From an uncultured Gemmatimonadales bacterium (lineage in GTDB: Bacteria; Gemmatimonadota; Gemmatimonadetes; Palauibacterales; Palauibacteraceae), in contig CAWANJ010000003.1 in NCBI GenBank assembly GCA_963783385.1, forward strand, positions 1 to 64,000: a DNA stretch of 64,000 nt, read 5' to 3'. The position numbers and the translations under genes were made by a program. A model generated the notes under the pieces. That model did no database searches. It saw only the letters and a program-made list of their open reading frames with translations, and was not told where the DNA came from. Positions within the stretch are counted from its first letter, which is position 1, and each line of letters begins with the position of its first letter. Positions 11,139 to 21,979 of this stretch are shown piece by piece.

Positions 11139-11840
11139 GTGAACAGCTCGACACGACCACGCCGACGGGAGGGAAGGATCGCCGGGGCCGTGACCGCCGC
11201 CGTGGCGCTCGCGCTGGCGTCCGCGGCGCCGGCGGTCGGCCAGGCGGCGTCTCGCGCCGCGGGGCCGGTGGCTCTGCAGACGGCCGTCCAGGCGGACGTT
11301 CAGGCCGCGTCCGGATGCTGGGTGCGTGGGTCGCGGGCCGACCTCGCCAACCGGGCGAGCCCGCTCGACTCCACGTCGGTCGCTCTGCGAGGCGGGACCG
11401 TCCAGGTGTGCTACGGGAGCCCGAGCCGCCGCGGGCGCACCATCATGGGCGGACTGGTTCCGTACGGGTCGCCGTGGCGGCTCGGGGCCAACGAGGCCAC
11501 CTCCATCCGGATGCCGGCCGCCGGCACCATCGCGGGCGTGGCGGTCCAGGCCGGCCTGTACTCGCTGTACGCCGTCCCGGACTCCGACGCGTGGAAGGTG
11601 GTCGTGAACGGGACGGCCCGCCGCTGGGGGATCCCCATCGACGACGCGGTCCGGGCGAAGGACCTCGGCTCTGGCCGGGTCGAGTCGTCGCGGACGGACT
11701 CGATGGTCGAGCGGCTCACGCTGACGCTGGAGAAGACGGGGCCCGACGCCGCAGACCTGGTGGTGCGCTGGGAGCGGACCGAGCTCCGCGTCCCCGTGGC
11801 GCTGGGCGGTGCCCACGACTCGAAGGAGAGCCGCCGGTGA
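11139..11840 (+). CDS. DUF2911 domain-containing secreted protein
   Basis: [55 protein letters not shown]. Confidence 0.8.
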   Translation: MNSSTRPRRREGRIAGAVTAAVALALASAAPAVGQAASRAAGPVALQTAVQADVQAASGCWVRGSRADLANRASPLDSTSVALRGGTVQVCYGSPSRRGRTIMGGLVPYGSPWRLGANEATSIRMPAAGTIAGVAVQAGLYSLYAVPDSDAWKVVVNGTARRWGIPIDDAVRAKDLGSGRVESSRTDSMVERLTLTLEKTGPDAADLVVRWERTELRVPVALGGAHDSKESRR

Positions 11841-13349
11841 CCGCACCGCAAGGCCGCCGCGGCCCGGCCGCGCTCACCATGGACGCCGATGCGTTCCGCG
11901 CCCTGGGCCACGACCTCGTGGACCGGATCGCGGTCTTCCTGGACGCGATGGGGGAGCGGCCGCTCACGCCCGGCGAGTCGCCCGAGGCCGTGCGGGCCGC
12001 GCTGGACGCGGGCGCCGGCCTGCCCGAGCACGGGGCCGACCCGGGGGAGCTGCTCGGCGACGCGGCCGACCTCCTGTTCGACCACTCGCTGTTCAACGGG
12101 CACCCGAGCTTCTACGGCTACATCACCTCCTCGCCCACGCCGATCGGGATGCTCGGCGACTTCCTGGCGGCGGCGGTCAACGCCAACGCCGGGGCGTGGA
12201 TCCTGTCCCCCATGGCCACGGAGATCGAGGCCCAGACGGTCCGCTGGATCGCCGAGCTGCTGGGCTACCCGGCGGACGGCGGCGGGCTGCTGGTGAGCGG
12301 CGGCAACATGGCGAACACGGTCGGCCTGTGGGCGGCGAGGGCCGCCATGGCCGACTGGGACGTGCGCGAGGCCGGGGTCGGCGCGGCGGGCGCCAGGCCG
12401 CTCCGCGTGTACGCCTCGGGCGAGACGCACACGTGGATCCACAAGGCGACGGACCTGGCCGGTCTCGGCACCGACGCCATCCGCTGGATCCCCACCGACG
12501 ACGGGCTGCGCATGGACGTGGCCGCCCTGCGCGACGCGCTGGAGCGGGATCGCGCGACGGGTGAGCGGCCGATGATGGTCGTGGGCACGGCCGGGTCGGT
12601 GAGCACGGGCGTCGTGGACCCCCTGTTCGAGATCGCCGACGTGTGCCGGGAGGAGGGCGTGTGGTTCCACGTCGACGGGGCGTACGGCGGGCTCGCGGCC
12701 GCCGCGCCGGAGGCGCCGCCCGACCTGGGGGCCCTGCACCTGGCCGACTCCCTGGCGGTCGATCCCCACAAGTGGCTGTACGCGCCGCTCGAGGCGGGGT
12801 GCACGCTGGTCCGCGACCGCGAGACCCTGCGCCGCGCCTTCTCCTACCACCCGCCCTACTACCACTTCGGGCAGGAGGCGACCAACTACGTCGACTTCGG
12901 GCCTCAGAACTCGCGCGGCTTCCGCGCCCTCAAGGTGTGGCTCGCCCTGCGCCAGGTCGGCCGCGAAGGCTACGCCCGGTGCATCGGCGAGGACATCGAG
13001 CTCAGCCGGCGCATGCACGCCAGGGTCGAGCGAGCACCCGGAGCTCGAGCCGTTCACGCAGGCGCTCAGCATCTCGACCTTCCGCTACGTCCCACCGGAC
13101 CTCCGGCCCGAGGTGGGCTCCGAGGCGGCCGAGACGTATCTGAACGAGCTCAACCAGGCGCTCCTCGACCGGATCCAGACCTCGGGCGAGGCGTTCGTTT
13201 CCAACGCCGTGGTGGGGGGACGCTACCTGCTCCGGGCCTGCATCGTGAACTTCAACACGAAGGCCGACGACGTGGATGCGTTGCCGGAGATCGTGGCGCG
13301 GCTGGGGCGGGCGGTGGACCTGGAGCTGCGGAGACGGTCGGAGGGCTAG
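11837..13349 (+). CDS. PLP-dependent group II amino-acid decarboxylase (frameshift near 13030)
   Basis: GTGA overlap with the DUF2911 gene; [51 protein letters not shown] (PLP lysine), [10 protein letters not shown]; tail [10 protein letters not shown] in ORF 13113..13349. Confidence 0.9.
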
Positions 13350-13356
13350 CGAGGTG

Positions 13357-13385
13357 GGGCGGGAGGCGATGCCCACCTCCCGCCC
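13357..13385. terminator. GC-rich hairpin between convergent genes, possible terminator
   Basis: GGGCGGGAGG / CCTCCCGCCC 10-bp stem with a 9-nt loop; no U tract. Confidence 0.35.
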
Positions 13386-13421
13386 GCTCCCCCCGACCCC
13401 GACACGGTCCGGATCGCCGTC

Positions 13422-13712
13422 TCACGAGGCGACGGTCACCTCCTCCGCGGTGATCGGCTCGATCACGCGGTGCACCCGCGAGACGACGTCGGCCGGAAAG
13501 CCGCCCTCGCGGGCGTGCTTCAGCACCATCTCCTCGTTCGGCGCGACGTAGATGCAGTAGATCCGGTCGTCGGTGACGTAGCTGTGGACCCACTGGATGC
13601 TGGGCCCGAGGTCGCGCAGCACGCCGCAAGACTTCTGCGCGATGGCCGCGAGCTCCGCCGAGCCGAGCTGTCCGGCGCCGGGCAGGTCCCGCTCGATGAT
13701 GTACTTGGGCAT
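13422..13712 (-). CDS. DUF4242 domain-containing protein
   Basis: MPKYIIER, IQWVHSYVTDDRIYCIYVAP, HAREGGFPAD. Confidence 0.85.
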   Translation of the reverse strand: MPKYIIERDLPGAGQLGSAELAAIAQKSCGVLRDLGPSIQWVHSYVTDDRIYCIYVAPNEEMVLKHAREGGFPADVVSRVHRVIEPITAEEVTVAS

Positions 13713-13743
13713 GGACGCCTCCAGTTATGGTGCGGGCTCGGGG

Positions 13744-14379
13744 TCAGGGTGTGGCGCCGAGGTGCGTGACATCGCCACCCGCGTACGCGCAGGTCACCTT
13801 CGGATTCCAGTCCGCGAACACGCCGCCGGGGTTCTCCTTCCACACCCAGGCGTGCAGGGCCCAGATGCCGAACGCGTCGTTGTGGTGGAAGGACACGCCA
13901 CCGAACAGCGTCGGGGCGGGATCGGTGCTTGCGGGCACTAGCGTGTAGGGAATGATGTACTCGACGCCGACCAGTTGCATACGACCATGCTTGTCCGGCT
14001 CGTACATCAGCAGCTCGGGCTTCCGGACATCGGGCACCGGGTCTTGGATGTAGGCATCGTTCCCATAGTGGTAGCCCATGGCCCCGGCCGGCAGGTCGTC
14101 CAGGCAGTTCGTGACCTCGTCGGTGTAGCCGGCGGCCTTCGCCGCATCGAAATCGTGGAATCGCACGGTGGCCTGGCGAAGGGCGGCCAGATCCTGGTCG
14201 GCGACGGCCGAGCCGCCGCTGCTCCCCCGGTCCGTGGCCACGGCGGCGGTGGCGGCCACGGCGGCCGGTCCGGCGATGGGCCGGTTGCAGGCGGCGAGGA
14301 GCAGGATCGTGAGGCCGGCGGCCGCCACGCGGCACGCCTGGCGCGCACCTCCCGACCCGAGCGCTTCTGAGCGGTGCAT
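13744..14379 (-). CDS. Hypothetical lipoprotein
   Basis: Lipobox LLLAAC; RQATVRFHD, GAMGYHY, PELLMYEP, LVGVEY, WALHAWVW, NPGGVFADWNP. Confidence 0.7.
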   Translation of the reverse strand: MHRSEALGSGGARQACRVAAAGLTILLLAACNRPIAGPAAVAATAAVATDRGSSGGSAVADQDLAALRQATVRFHDFDAAKAAGYTDEVTNCLDDLPAGAMGYHYGNDAYIQDPVPDVRKPELLMYEPDKHGRMQLVGVEYIIPYTLVPASTDPAPTLFGGVSFHHNDAFGIWALHAWVWKENPGGVFADWNPKVTCAYAGGDVTHLGATP

Positions 14380-14510
14380 GAGGTCCTCCCTGTGCAGCGG
14401 ACTCGAGAGCGACCGGCGCTCTTGCCGCCGGTCCCGAACGCGGCGCAACTTGAAGGCGCGCCATCGCCCGGCCGTCGTCCGGGAATCGTCCCACTCTCGC
14501 CAGACGGTCC

Positions 14511-16760
14511 GTGTACCGACTGAAGCTGTTCGGCAGGGCGTCCATCGAGGGACCCGACGGCCCGGTGACCGGCCGGGCGGCGCAGCGACGTCGTCTGGCC
14601 CTGCTGGCCCTCCTCGCCGTCGCTCGCGATCGAGGCTTGACCCGGGACAAGCTGATCGGCCTGGTGTGGCCCGATTCCGCGCCCGATCGCGCCAGGCACC
14701 TCCTCTCCGACTCGGTCTACCGCGTGAACCGCGCGCTGGGCGGGGACGCCCTCGTGGCCGCGGGGGACGGCCTTCGCATCGAGCCCGCCCGCCTCTCCAG
14801 CGACGTCTGGGAGTTCCTTACGGCCGTGGACGAGAAGGACTGGCCGCGCGTCGAGGAGCTGTACCCGGCGCCCTTCCTGGATGGCTTCTTCCTCACGGGC
14901 GCCGACGAGATGGAGCGCTGGGTGGACAGGGAGCGTGAGCTGCTCGCGCGGTACAGGGCTCACGCCCTCGAGGAGCTGGCCGGAGCGGCCGAGGCGGAGG
15001 ACGCGACGGGGGAAGCCGTGCGCTGGTGGCGTCTGCTGACGGAGCAGGACCCGTACAGCTCGCGCGCGGCCCTGCGACTCGTGCGTGCCCTGGACCGAAA
15101 CGGAGAACGGGCCGAGGCGCTGCACCATGCTCGCCTGCACGAGGCGCGGCTCAGAGAGGAGCTCGGTCTCGAGCCGGATGCGGAGCTGCTGGCCTTCGTC
15201 GACGGAACTCGATCAGATGCGGTCCCGACCGGCGGGGCCGCGACGCCGCCCGGCGATAGGGGGCGGACGCCGGGCGATGCTCGGCGGCCGGCTGCGGCGG
15301 AGCCGGAGCTGCCGTCTGGCGCGTCGAGGGGCGGCGCGGCCGACGCATCGAACGGGGTGCCGGGCCCGCGACCGATCGCGGTGCTTCCCTTCGTGAACCT
15401 CGGCGGCGACCCGGAGAGCGAGGCCTTCGCCGACGGCATCACCGAGGACGTGATCGCACACCTCTCGAAGGTCGGCGCCCTGTCGGTGATCGCCCGCGCA
15501 TCGGTCATGCGGTTCAAGGACCGCCGGGAGAGCCCCCGCGACATCGGGGCGGCTCTGGGCGTCGCCACGCTCCTGGGCGGGAGCGTGCGACGGTCGGGGG
15601 ATCGCGTGCGCATCGTCACGCAGCTGGTGGACTCGGACACGGGCCGCTGCCTGTGGGCGGAGACGTACGATCGCAGGTTGTCCGACGTGTTCGCCATCCA
15701 GACGGACGTCGCCCTGCAGATCGCTGCGGCCCTGAACGCCAGGCTCTCCGGTGACGAGCGGACGCGCATCCGCAGGGAGCCCACACGAGACATGGGCGCC
15801 TACCAGCTGTACCTCCAGGGAAGACACTGGACCCTCCGGTATACGAACGACGGGCTGCGGAAGGGGATCCGCTACTTCGAGCGCGCCCTGGCCCGAGACC
15901 CGGACTTCGCCCTGGCCCACGTCGGGGTGGCCATGGCCTACGAGGAGCTCGGAGAGATCGGCGCGATGGCTGGAGACGAGGCGTATCGAAGGACCAGCGC
16001 GGCCGCTCTCGCGGCCCACGCGCTCGACCCGGATCTCGCCGAGGCGCACTGCATTCTGGGACAGGTGGCCGTCGCGTCCGCTTTCGACTGGGAGGGGGCG
16101 GAGCGTGAATTCCGACGCGCGCTCGAGCTGAGCCCGAGCCACGCCGCGACCTACGATCTCTACGGGCGAATGTGCTCCGCCATCGGACGCCACGACGAGG
16201 CCCTCGCCATGCAGCGGCGGGCCCAGGCACTCGATCCGCTCGATCACCGGGCCGACCTCGCCACGGCTTTCCTGCGGGCCGGACGCCACGAGGAGGCGCT
16301 GGAGGAGGCCATCCGCGCGGTGGAGTTCGACCCCGGCTATGCGAGGGGCTGGGCCACGCTGGGCTGGGCGCACATTCTGAATGGTCGATGCGACGAGGGT
16401 CTGGCCGAGCTGGAACGAGCCGTGGAGATGACGCCCGAAGCCAGCCAGTGGCTCGCGCAGCTGGGGCAGGCCTATGGGATGACCGGGCGAGCCGACCGGG
16501 CGCGGGAGGTCCTCCGGGGCCTGGAGGAGCGGGCACGGGAGGGCTACGTCAGCCCCTATCACCTGGCCTACGTGCACACGGGTCTGGGCGAGGAGGAGGC
16601 GGCCATTGATTGTCTGGAGCGTGCATGCCGCGACCGGAGCGCGGCCGTCTACGGGATGGCCGGCTCGTTCCTGTTCACCGCGCTCCACGCCAACCCGCGC
16701 TTCCAGGCGCTGGCCCGGCGCATGAACCTCCCGGCCGCCTTCAGGAGGTCGCTCGGCTGA
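14511..16760 (+). CDS. SARP/BTAD-type transcriptional regulator with TolB-N-like and TPR domains
   Basis: N-terminal winged HTH/BTAD (RRLALLALL, RDKLIGLVWP, PFLDGF, DPYSSR); IAVLPFVNL...FADGITEDVI; TPR repeats. Confidence 0.85.
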   Translation: MYRLKLFGRASIEGPDGPVTGRAAQRRRLALLALLAVARDRGLTRDKLIGLVWPDSAPDRARHLLSDSVYRVNRALGGDALVAAGDGLRIEPARLSSDVWEFLTAVDEKDWPRVEELYPAPFLDGFFLTGADEMERWVDRERELLARYRAHALEELAGAAEAEDATGEAVRWWRLLTEQDPYSSRAALRLVRALDRNGERAEALHHARLHEARLREELGLEPDAELLAFVDGTRSDAVPTGGAATPPGDRGRTPGDARRPAAAEPELPSGASRGGAADASNGVPGPRPIAVLPFVNLGGDPESEAFADGITEDVIAHLSKVGALSVIARASVMRFKDRRESPRDIGAALGVATLLGGSVRRSGDRVRIVTQLVDSDTGRCLWAETYDRRLSDVFAIQTDVALQIAAALNARLSGDERTRIRREPTRDMGAYQLYLQGRHWTLRYTNDGLRKGIRYFERALARDPDFALAHVGVAMAYEELGEIGAMAGDEAYRRTSAAALAAHALDPDLAEAHCILGQVAVASAFDWEGAEREFRRALELSPSHAATYDLYGRMCSAIGRHDEALAMQRRAQALDPLDHRADLATAFLRAGRHEEALEEAIRAVEFDPGYARGWATLGWAHILNGRCDEGLAELERAVEMTPEASQWLAQLGQAYGMTGRADRAREVLRGLEERAREGYVSPYHLAYVHTGLGEEEAAIDCLERACRDRSAAVYGMAGSFLFTALHANPRFQALARRMNLPAAFRRSLG

Positions 16761-16825
16761 GGTGCCCGGGCTCGGCGCCGCTGGGGAGGACCTTCGAGCC
16801 GGATCGTCGTCGACCCTCCGGACCC

Positions 16826-17387
16826 CTACTCCACCCACGTCGTGACCTCGGCGGCCGGGCGGCGCGGCTTGGCGTCGGGCACGGCCGCCGGCGCCCCCAG
16901 GTGGACGACCGCCACGATGCGCTCGCCCTCGGGCACGCCGACCGCCGCCCGGGCGCGCGGATCGTCCATGACAGCGCCCGTCTTGAGATGGGTGCCGAGG
17001 CCCATGTCGAGCGCGGCCAGCATGAGGTTCTGGACGCCCATCATCGCCGCGGCGTAGTCCTCCTCGCGGATCTCCGGGTTGTCGTCGAGCGTCGTGGCCA
17101 CCGCGATCATGGCGGGCAGCGCCTCGTGCGTGGAGGCGACCTTCTCGACCACGGCGCGGGCGGCCTCCGGATCCTCGACCCGCTTCGCCTTGCGGGCGCC
17201 CAGCGCCTCGCCCCAGGCGCGCCGCGCCCCGGGGCCGAGCACGTAGAAGCGCCACGGCTCGGTCATGCGGTGGTTCGGCGCCTGCGACCACCGCGTCCAG
17301 GAGGCGGTCGATCTCCTCGCGCTCGATGGCGCGGTCGGTGAACTGCTTGATGGAACGGCGGGCGGCGATCGCTTCGAAGACGTCCAT
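16826..17387 (-). CDS. Nitroreductase family protein (frameshift near 17285)
   Basis: MDVFEAIAARRSIKQF, (APNH)RMTEPWRF, EDYAAAMMGVQNLMLAA, GLGTHLKTG. Confidence 0.9.
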
Positions 17388-17642
17388 GGACCTTCCTCGT
17401 GCGGGTTCGTGGAAACGGGGCCACGAATGTGCGAAGTCGGGACGTGCGTGACGAGGGGGGCGCCGTGCCGCGGGTCGCTCCAGGCCCGAGCCGGGTGGCC
17501 TCGGGGCGCGTCCGACAGGGAGGCAAGAAGCCGCCCTCCATCTTGCCCGGGAAATCTTCCACAAACTAGGTTGCTAGACGGGCACCCGCCCGGGAGGCAT
17601 CAGGAACGTGAACTTCTCTCGCAGGCGAGGTTAGCCGCTAGC

Positions 17643-19805
17643 GTGACCGCCCCCATCGATCAACTCGCCGACCGTCTTCGAAGCTCGCTCTCCGGCCGCT
17701 ACGAGATCGAGCGCGAGGTCGGGCGCGGCGGTATGGCGACCGTGTACCTGGCCCGGGACGTCCGTCACGGGCGTCCGGTGGCCGTCAAGGTCCTCCACCC
17801 GGAACTGGGGCTGAGCCTCGGGCCCGAGCGCTTTCTGCGCGAAATCCAGATCGCGGCCCGGCTGCAGCACCCGCACATCGTGCCCCTGTACGATTCGGGA
17901 CAGGCCGGGGACCTCCTCTACTACGTGATGCCCTTCGTCGAGGGGGAGTCGCTCCGCCAGCGGCTGCAGCGCGAGGGCCGTCTGCCCCTGGAGGAAGCCC
18001 TCAAGGTGACGCGCTCGGTGGCGTCTGCGCTCGACTACGCCCATCGGCAGCAGGTCGTGCACCGGGATATCAAGCCCGAGAACGTGATGCTGCACGATGG
18101 GGAGGCGATGGTCACCGACTTCGGCATCGCCAAGGCCGTGAGCGCGGCGGCGGACACGCTGACGCGGACCGGCACCGCGGTGGGGACGCCGCAGTACATG
18201 AGCCCGGAGCAGGCGGGCGGCGAAGGCGACATTGACGGGCGCAGCGACATCTACTCGCTCGCCACGATGCTGTACGAGATGCTCACCGGCGGCGTGCCGT
18301 TCACCGGCAGCCAGCAGGCCATAATGGCCCAGCTGTTCACGGCTCCGGTTCCCTCGCTCCGCGACCGCCGGGACGACGTCTCGAACACGCTCGAGCAGGT
18401 GGTCCAGAGGGCGCTGGCCAAGGAGCCGGGCGAGCGCTATCCGACTCCGGCGCAGTTCGCGGCGGCGCTCGGCGCGCCGGAGGTGCTCACGCCCGCGGCG
18501 AACCCGGCCGCTTCCCGCCGCGGCAAGTCCATCGCCGTCCTGCCGTTCGTGAACATGAGCTCCGACCCCGACAACGAGTACTTCACGGACGGGATCGCCG
18601 AGGAGATCATCAACGCGCTCACGAAGGTGCAGGCCCTGCACGTGGCGGCCCGCACCTCCGCCTTCGCCTTCAAGGGCAAGAACCAGGACATCCGGAAGGT
18701 GGGCGAGCAGCTGGGCGTGACGACGGTCCTCGAGGGGAGCGTGCGCAAGGCGGGCAACCGGCTCCGCGTGACCGCGCAGCTGGTGAACGTCGCCGATGGC
18801 TACCACCTGTGGTCGGAGCGCTACGACCGGCAGCTGGACGACGTGTTCGCCATTCAGGACGAGATCTCCGAGAACATCGTCAGGGCGCTCCGGGTCGTGC
18901 TCAGCGACAAGGAGAAGCGCCAGATCGAGAACAAGCCGCCGACCGAGAACGTGGAGGCCTACGAGTACTACCTGCGCGCGCGCCAGTACTTCCACCAGTT
19001 CCGCCGCGCCGGGATCCAGTACGCGCGCCGCATGTTCGAGCGGGCCGTCGAGGCGGACCCGGGCTTCGCGAAGGCCTACGCCGGAATCGCCGACTGCTGC
19101 TCGTTCATGTACATGTACTGGGACGGGAGCAACGCCAACCTGGAGGGGGCCGACTCGGCCAGCGCGAAGGCGCTGGAGCTCGGGCCGGAGCTGGCCGAGG
19201 CCCACGCGTCGCGGGGATTCGCGCTCTCCCTGCGTCGGGAGTACGACCAGTCGCGGGCCGAGTTCGAGCGGGCCCTCGAGCTGAACCCCAAGCTGTACGA
19301 GGCGCACTACCTGTATGCCCGCGCCTGTTTCCAGGAGGGGCGCCTGGAGGACGCGGTGCGACACTACCAGGAAGCTGCCCGGGTTCGGCCGGAGGACTAT
19401 CAGGCACTCCTGCTGATGGTGAATCCGCTTCACGGCCTGGGTCGACACGACGAGGCGCTGGAAGCGATGCGGAAGGGCGTCGAGGTCGTCGAGCACCACC
19501 TGGAGCTCAATCCGGACGATGCGCGCGCCCTGTGCCTGGGCGCGAACGCGTTGATTCAGCTGGACGAGAGGGAGCGCGCGCTCGAATGGGCTCAGCGAGC
19601 ATCCAAGCTCGAGACATCGGATCCGGGCGTGCTCTACAACGTGGCCTGTGTCTATGCTCTCGGGGGCATGTCGGACCGGGCGATCGAGTGCCTTGAGCGG
19701 GCGATCGAGAACGGCTTCGGCCACCGCGAGTGGCTGGAGAATGACAGCGATCTGGACTCCCTCCGGGCCGACCCCCGGTTCAAGGCGCTGCTGCAGAGGT
19801 TGTAG
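17643..19805 (+). CDS. Hanks-type Ser/Thr protein kinase with TolB-N-like and TPR domains
   Basis: GRGGMATVY, VAVK, HRDIKPEN, DFGIAK, GTPQYMSPEQ; then SIAVLPFVNMS and TPRs. Confidence 0.95.
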   Translation: MTAPIDQLADRLRSSLSGRYEIEREVGRGGMATVYLARDVRHGRPVAVKVLHPELGLSLGPERFLREIQIAARLQHPHIVPLYDSGQAGDLLYYVMPFVEGESLRQRLQREGRLPLEEALKVTRSVASALDYAHRQQVVHRDIKPENVMLHDGEAMVTDFGIAKAVSAAADTLTRTGTAVGTPQYMSPEQAGGEGDIDGRSDIYSLATMLYEMLTGGVPFTGSQQAIMAQLFTAPVPSLRDRRDDVSNTLEQVVQRALAKEPGERYPTPAQFAAALGAPEVLTPAANPAASRRGKSIAVLPFVNMSSDPDNEYFTDGIAEEIINALTKVQALHVAARTSAFAFKGKNQDIRKVGEQLGVTTVLEGSVRKAGNRLRVTAQLVNVADGYHLWSERYDRQLDDVFAIQDEISENIVRALRVVLSDKEKRQIENKPPTENVEAYEYYLRARQYFHQFRRAGIQYARRMFERAVEADPGFAKAYAGIADCCSFMYMYWDGSNANLEGADSASAKALELGPELAEAHASRGFALSLRREYDQSRAEFERALELNPKLYEAHYLYARACFQEGRLEDAVRHYQEAARVRPEDYQALLLMVNPLHGLGRHDEALEAMRKGVEVVEHHLELNPDDARALCLGANALIQLDERERALEWAQRASKLETSDPGVLYNVACVYALGGMSDRAIECLERAIENGFGHREWLENDSDLDSLRADPRFKALLQRL

Positions 19806-19928
19806 GGAGAGAAGCCCGGCGCGCCACGCCCGGAGCGTTCGCGGCGCCTTCGCTGGCGGGCGCGCCCCCTCTCGGAGGCGATTCCGCCGGTGGTCGCAGA
19901 CCGAGTCCCCGCTTTGGGAGCTGCCGAC

Positions 19929-21875
19929 ATGCTCACGTTCGCCCTCCGCCGGCCGACGGCACTCCTCGTCCTTGCCCTGTCGGCCCTGGCCCTGGCGGCC
20001 CCGGCGCTCCGGGCCCAGGCCGCCGCCGACACGGCGGCCTCGGCCGCGCTCGGCTACCGGCGCAGCGAGGTCATGATCCCGATGCGGGACGGCGTGAAGC
20101 TGCACACCGTGCTGTACGCGCCGAGGGCCCGGAGCGCGCCGCTCCCGATCCTCCTGGAGCGCACGCCCTACGGCGTGGACGGCTCGGACCGGGCCTTCCG
20201 GGTCGCGTTCAGGGACCTGGCCGAGGACGGCTACATCTTCGCCTTCCAGGACATCCGGGGGAGGTTCGGCTCGGAGGGGCACTTCGTCATGCAGCGGCCG
20301 CCCTGCCCGGCCCCGGCCGACTCGTCCTGCATCGACGAGGGGACCGACACGTGGGACACGATCGACTGGCTCGTCCACCAGGTCCCGGGCAACAACGGGC
20401 GGGTGGGGATGCTCGGGGTGTCCTACCCGGGCTGGCTCACGGTCATGGCCCTGTTGCACCCGCATCCGGCGCTCAGGGCGACCTCCCCGCAGGCCTCCCC
20501 GGCCGACATGTTCATCGGGGACGACTTCCACCACGGCGGCGCCTTCCGGCTGAGCTACGGCTTCGAGTACGCGGCCATGATGGAGACGGGTAAGGTGACG
20601 ACCCAGTTCCAGTTCCCCGTCCACGACACGTACGGGTGGTACCTGCAGCTGGGCGCCCTCTCGCACGTGGACGAGCGCGTACTGCACGGCAGGATCCCCA
20701 CCTGGGAGGACTTCGTCCACCACCCCGACTACGACGCCTTCTGGCAGCGGAACGCCGTCGCTCCCTACATGACGAAGGTCACGGTCCCGGTCCTCAGCGT
20801 GGCGGGCTGGTGGGACCAGGAGGACTTTTACGGCCCGCTCACCATCTACAAGGCGCTCGAGGCCCACGACGGGCATTCCGAGAACTATCTGGTGGTGGGC
20901 CCGTGGCGGCACGGGGGCTGGGCGGGCGAGGCGGGGGACAGCCTCGGGGCGATCCGGTTCGGGAGCGCCACCGGCGAGCACTTCCGCCACGACATCGAGG
21001 CGCCCTGGTTCGCGTACTGGCTCAAGGACAGCGGGAAGCCGCCCGCGGGCGAGGCCTTCACGTTCGAGACGGGCTCGAACCGGTGGCGCACGTGGGCCCA
21101 CTGGCCGCCGCGCCAGGGGGTGACCGACCGCGACCTCTACCTGCGCGCCGGCGGCTCGGCCTCCTTCGAGGCGCCGCCGGGCGGTACGAACGGCTCCGCG
21201 GCCGGCACGACTCCCGCGGAGTCCGCCGCTGCGGCCGGCGCCCCGCCCTTCGACGCGTACGTTTCCGACCCGGCGCACCCGGTCCCCTACCGGCGGCGGC
21301 CCATCGAGCCCACCTACGACCCCACCGGCTCGGGCTGGTATACGTGGCTCGTCCAGGACCAGCGCTTCGTGGACGGCCGTCCCGACGTCCTCGTCTGGGA
21401 GACGGCGCCCCTGGACCACGACGTCACCGTGGCCGGCAACGTCGTGGCCCACCTGTTCGCCTCCACCTCGGGCGGCGGCGCCGACTGGGTGGTGAAGCTC
21501 ATCGACGTCTACCCGGGGAAGGTGGCCGACCGGCCGGCCATGGGCGGCTACGAGCTCATGGTGGCCAAGAACGTCCTCCGGGCCCGGTTCAGGAACGGCT
21601 TCGAGCACCCCGAGCGGGTGGTGCCCGGGAAGGTGACGCCCTACCGGATCGACCTCCTCGACACCGACCACACCTTCCTGAAGGGGCACCGCATCATGGT
21701 GCAGGTGCAGAGCACCTGGTTCCCGGTCATCGACCGCAACCCGCAGACCTGGGTGCCCAACATCTTCGAGGCCACCGACGCCGACTTCCGGAAGGCCGTC
21801 CAGCGCGTCTACCGCTCGGCGACCTACCCCTCCCGGATCACCCTGCCCGTCGCCGGGGACGACGCCGGGGGCTGA
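19929..21875 (+). CDS. CocE/NonD family hydrolase (alpha-amino acid ester hydrolase-like), secreted
   Basis: Signal peptide; MIPMRDGVKL, RTPYG, QDIRGRFGSEG, GVSYPG (catalytic Ser), WWDQED, GPWRHG, QSTWFPVIDRNPQT. Confidence 0.9.
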   Translation: MLTFALRRPTALLVLALSALALAAPALRAQAAADTAASAALGYRRSEVMIPMRDGVKLHTVLYAPRARSAPLPILLERTPYGVDGSDRAFRVAFRDLAEDGYIFAFQDIRGRFGSEGHFVMQRPPCPAPADSSCIDEGTDTWDTIDWLVHQVPGNNGRVGMLGVSYPGWLTVMALLHPHPALRATSPQASPADMFIGDDFHHGGAFRLSYGFEYAAMMETGKVTTQFQFPVHDTYGWYLQLGALSHVDERVLHGRIPTWEDFVHHPDYDAFWQRNAVAPYMTKVTVPVLSVAGWWDQEDFYGPLTIYKALEAHDGHSENYLVVGPWRHGGWAGEAGDSLGAIRFGSATGEHFRHDIEAPWFAYWLKDSGKPPAGEAFTFETGSNRWRTWAHWPPRQGVTDRDLYLRAGGSASFEAPPGGTNGSAAGTTPAESAAAAGAPPFDAYVSDPAHPVPYRRRPIEPTYDPTGSGWYTWLVQDQRFVDGRPDVLVWETAPLDHDVTVAGNVVAHLFASTSGGGADWVVKLIDVYPGKVADRPAMGGYELMVAKNVLRARFRNGFEHPERVVPGKVTPYRIDLLDTDHTFLKGHRIMVQVQSTWFPVIDRNPQTWVPNIFEATDADFRKAVQRVYRSATYPSRITLPVAGDDAGG

Positions 21876-21979
21876 CAGGAACGGCGGTCCCGGCGGCGCC
21901 GTTTGAGGAGCATGGGCCGCCCTCACCCGGAGGGAGCACCATCGAGCCCGGAGGACGACCCACCGAGCGCGGAGGCAGC

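Noticed and set aside
17631-21926. 1431-aa ORF on the minus strand, and many other long antisense or alternate-frame ORFs
   Set aside because: It shadows the kinase and CocE genes and has no motifs; long stop-free frames are expected at this GC content.
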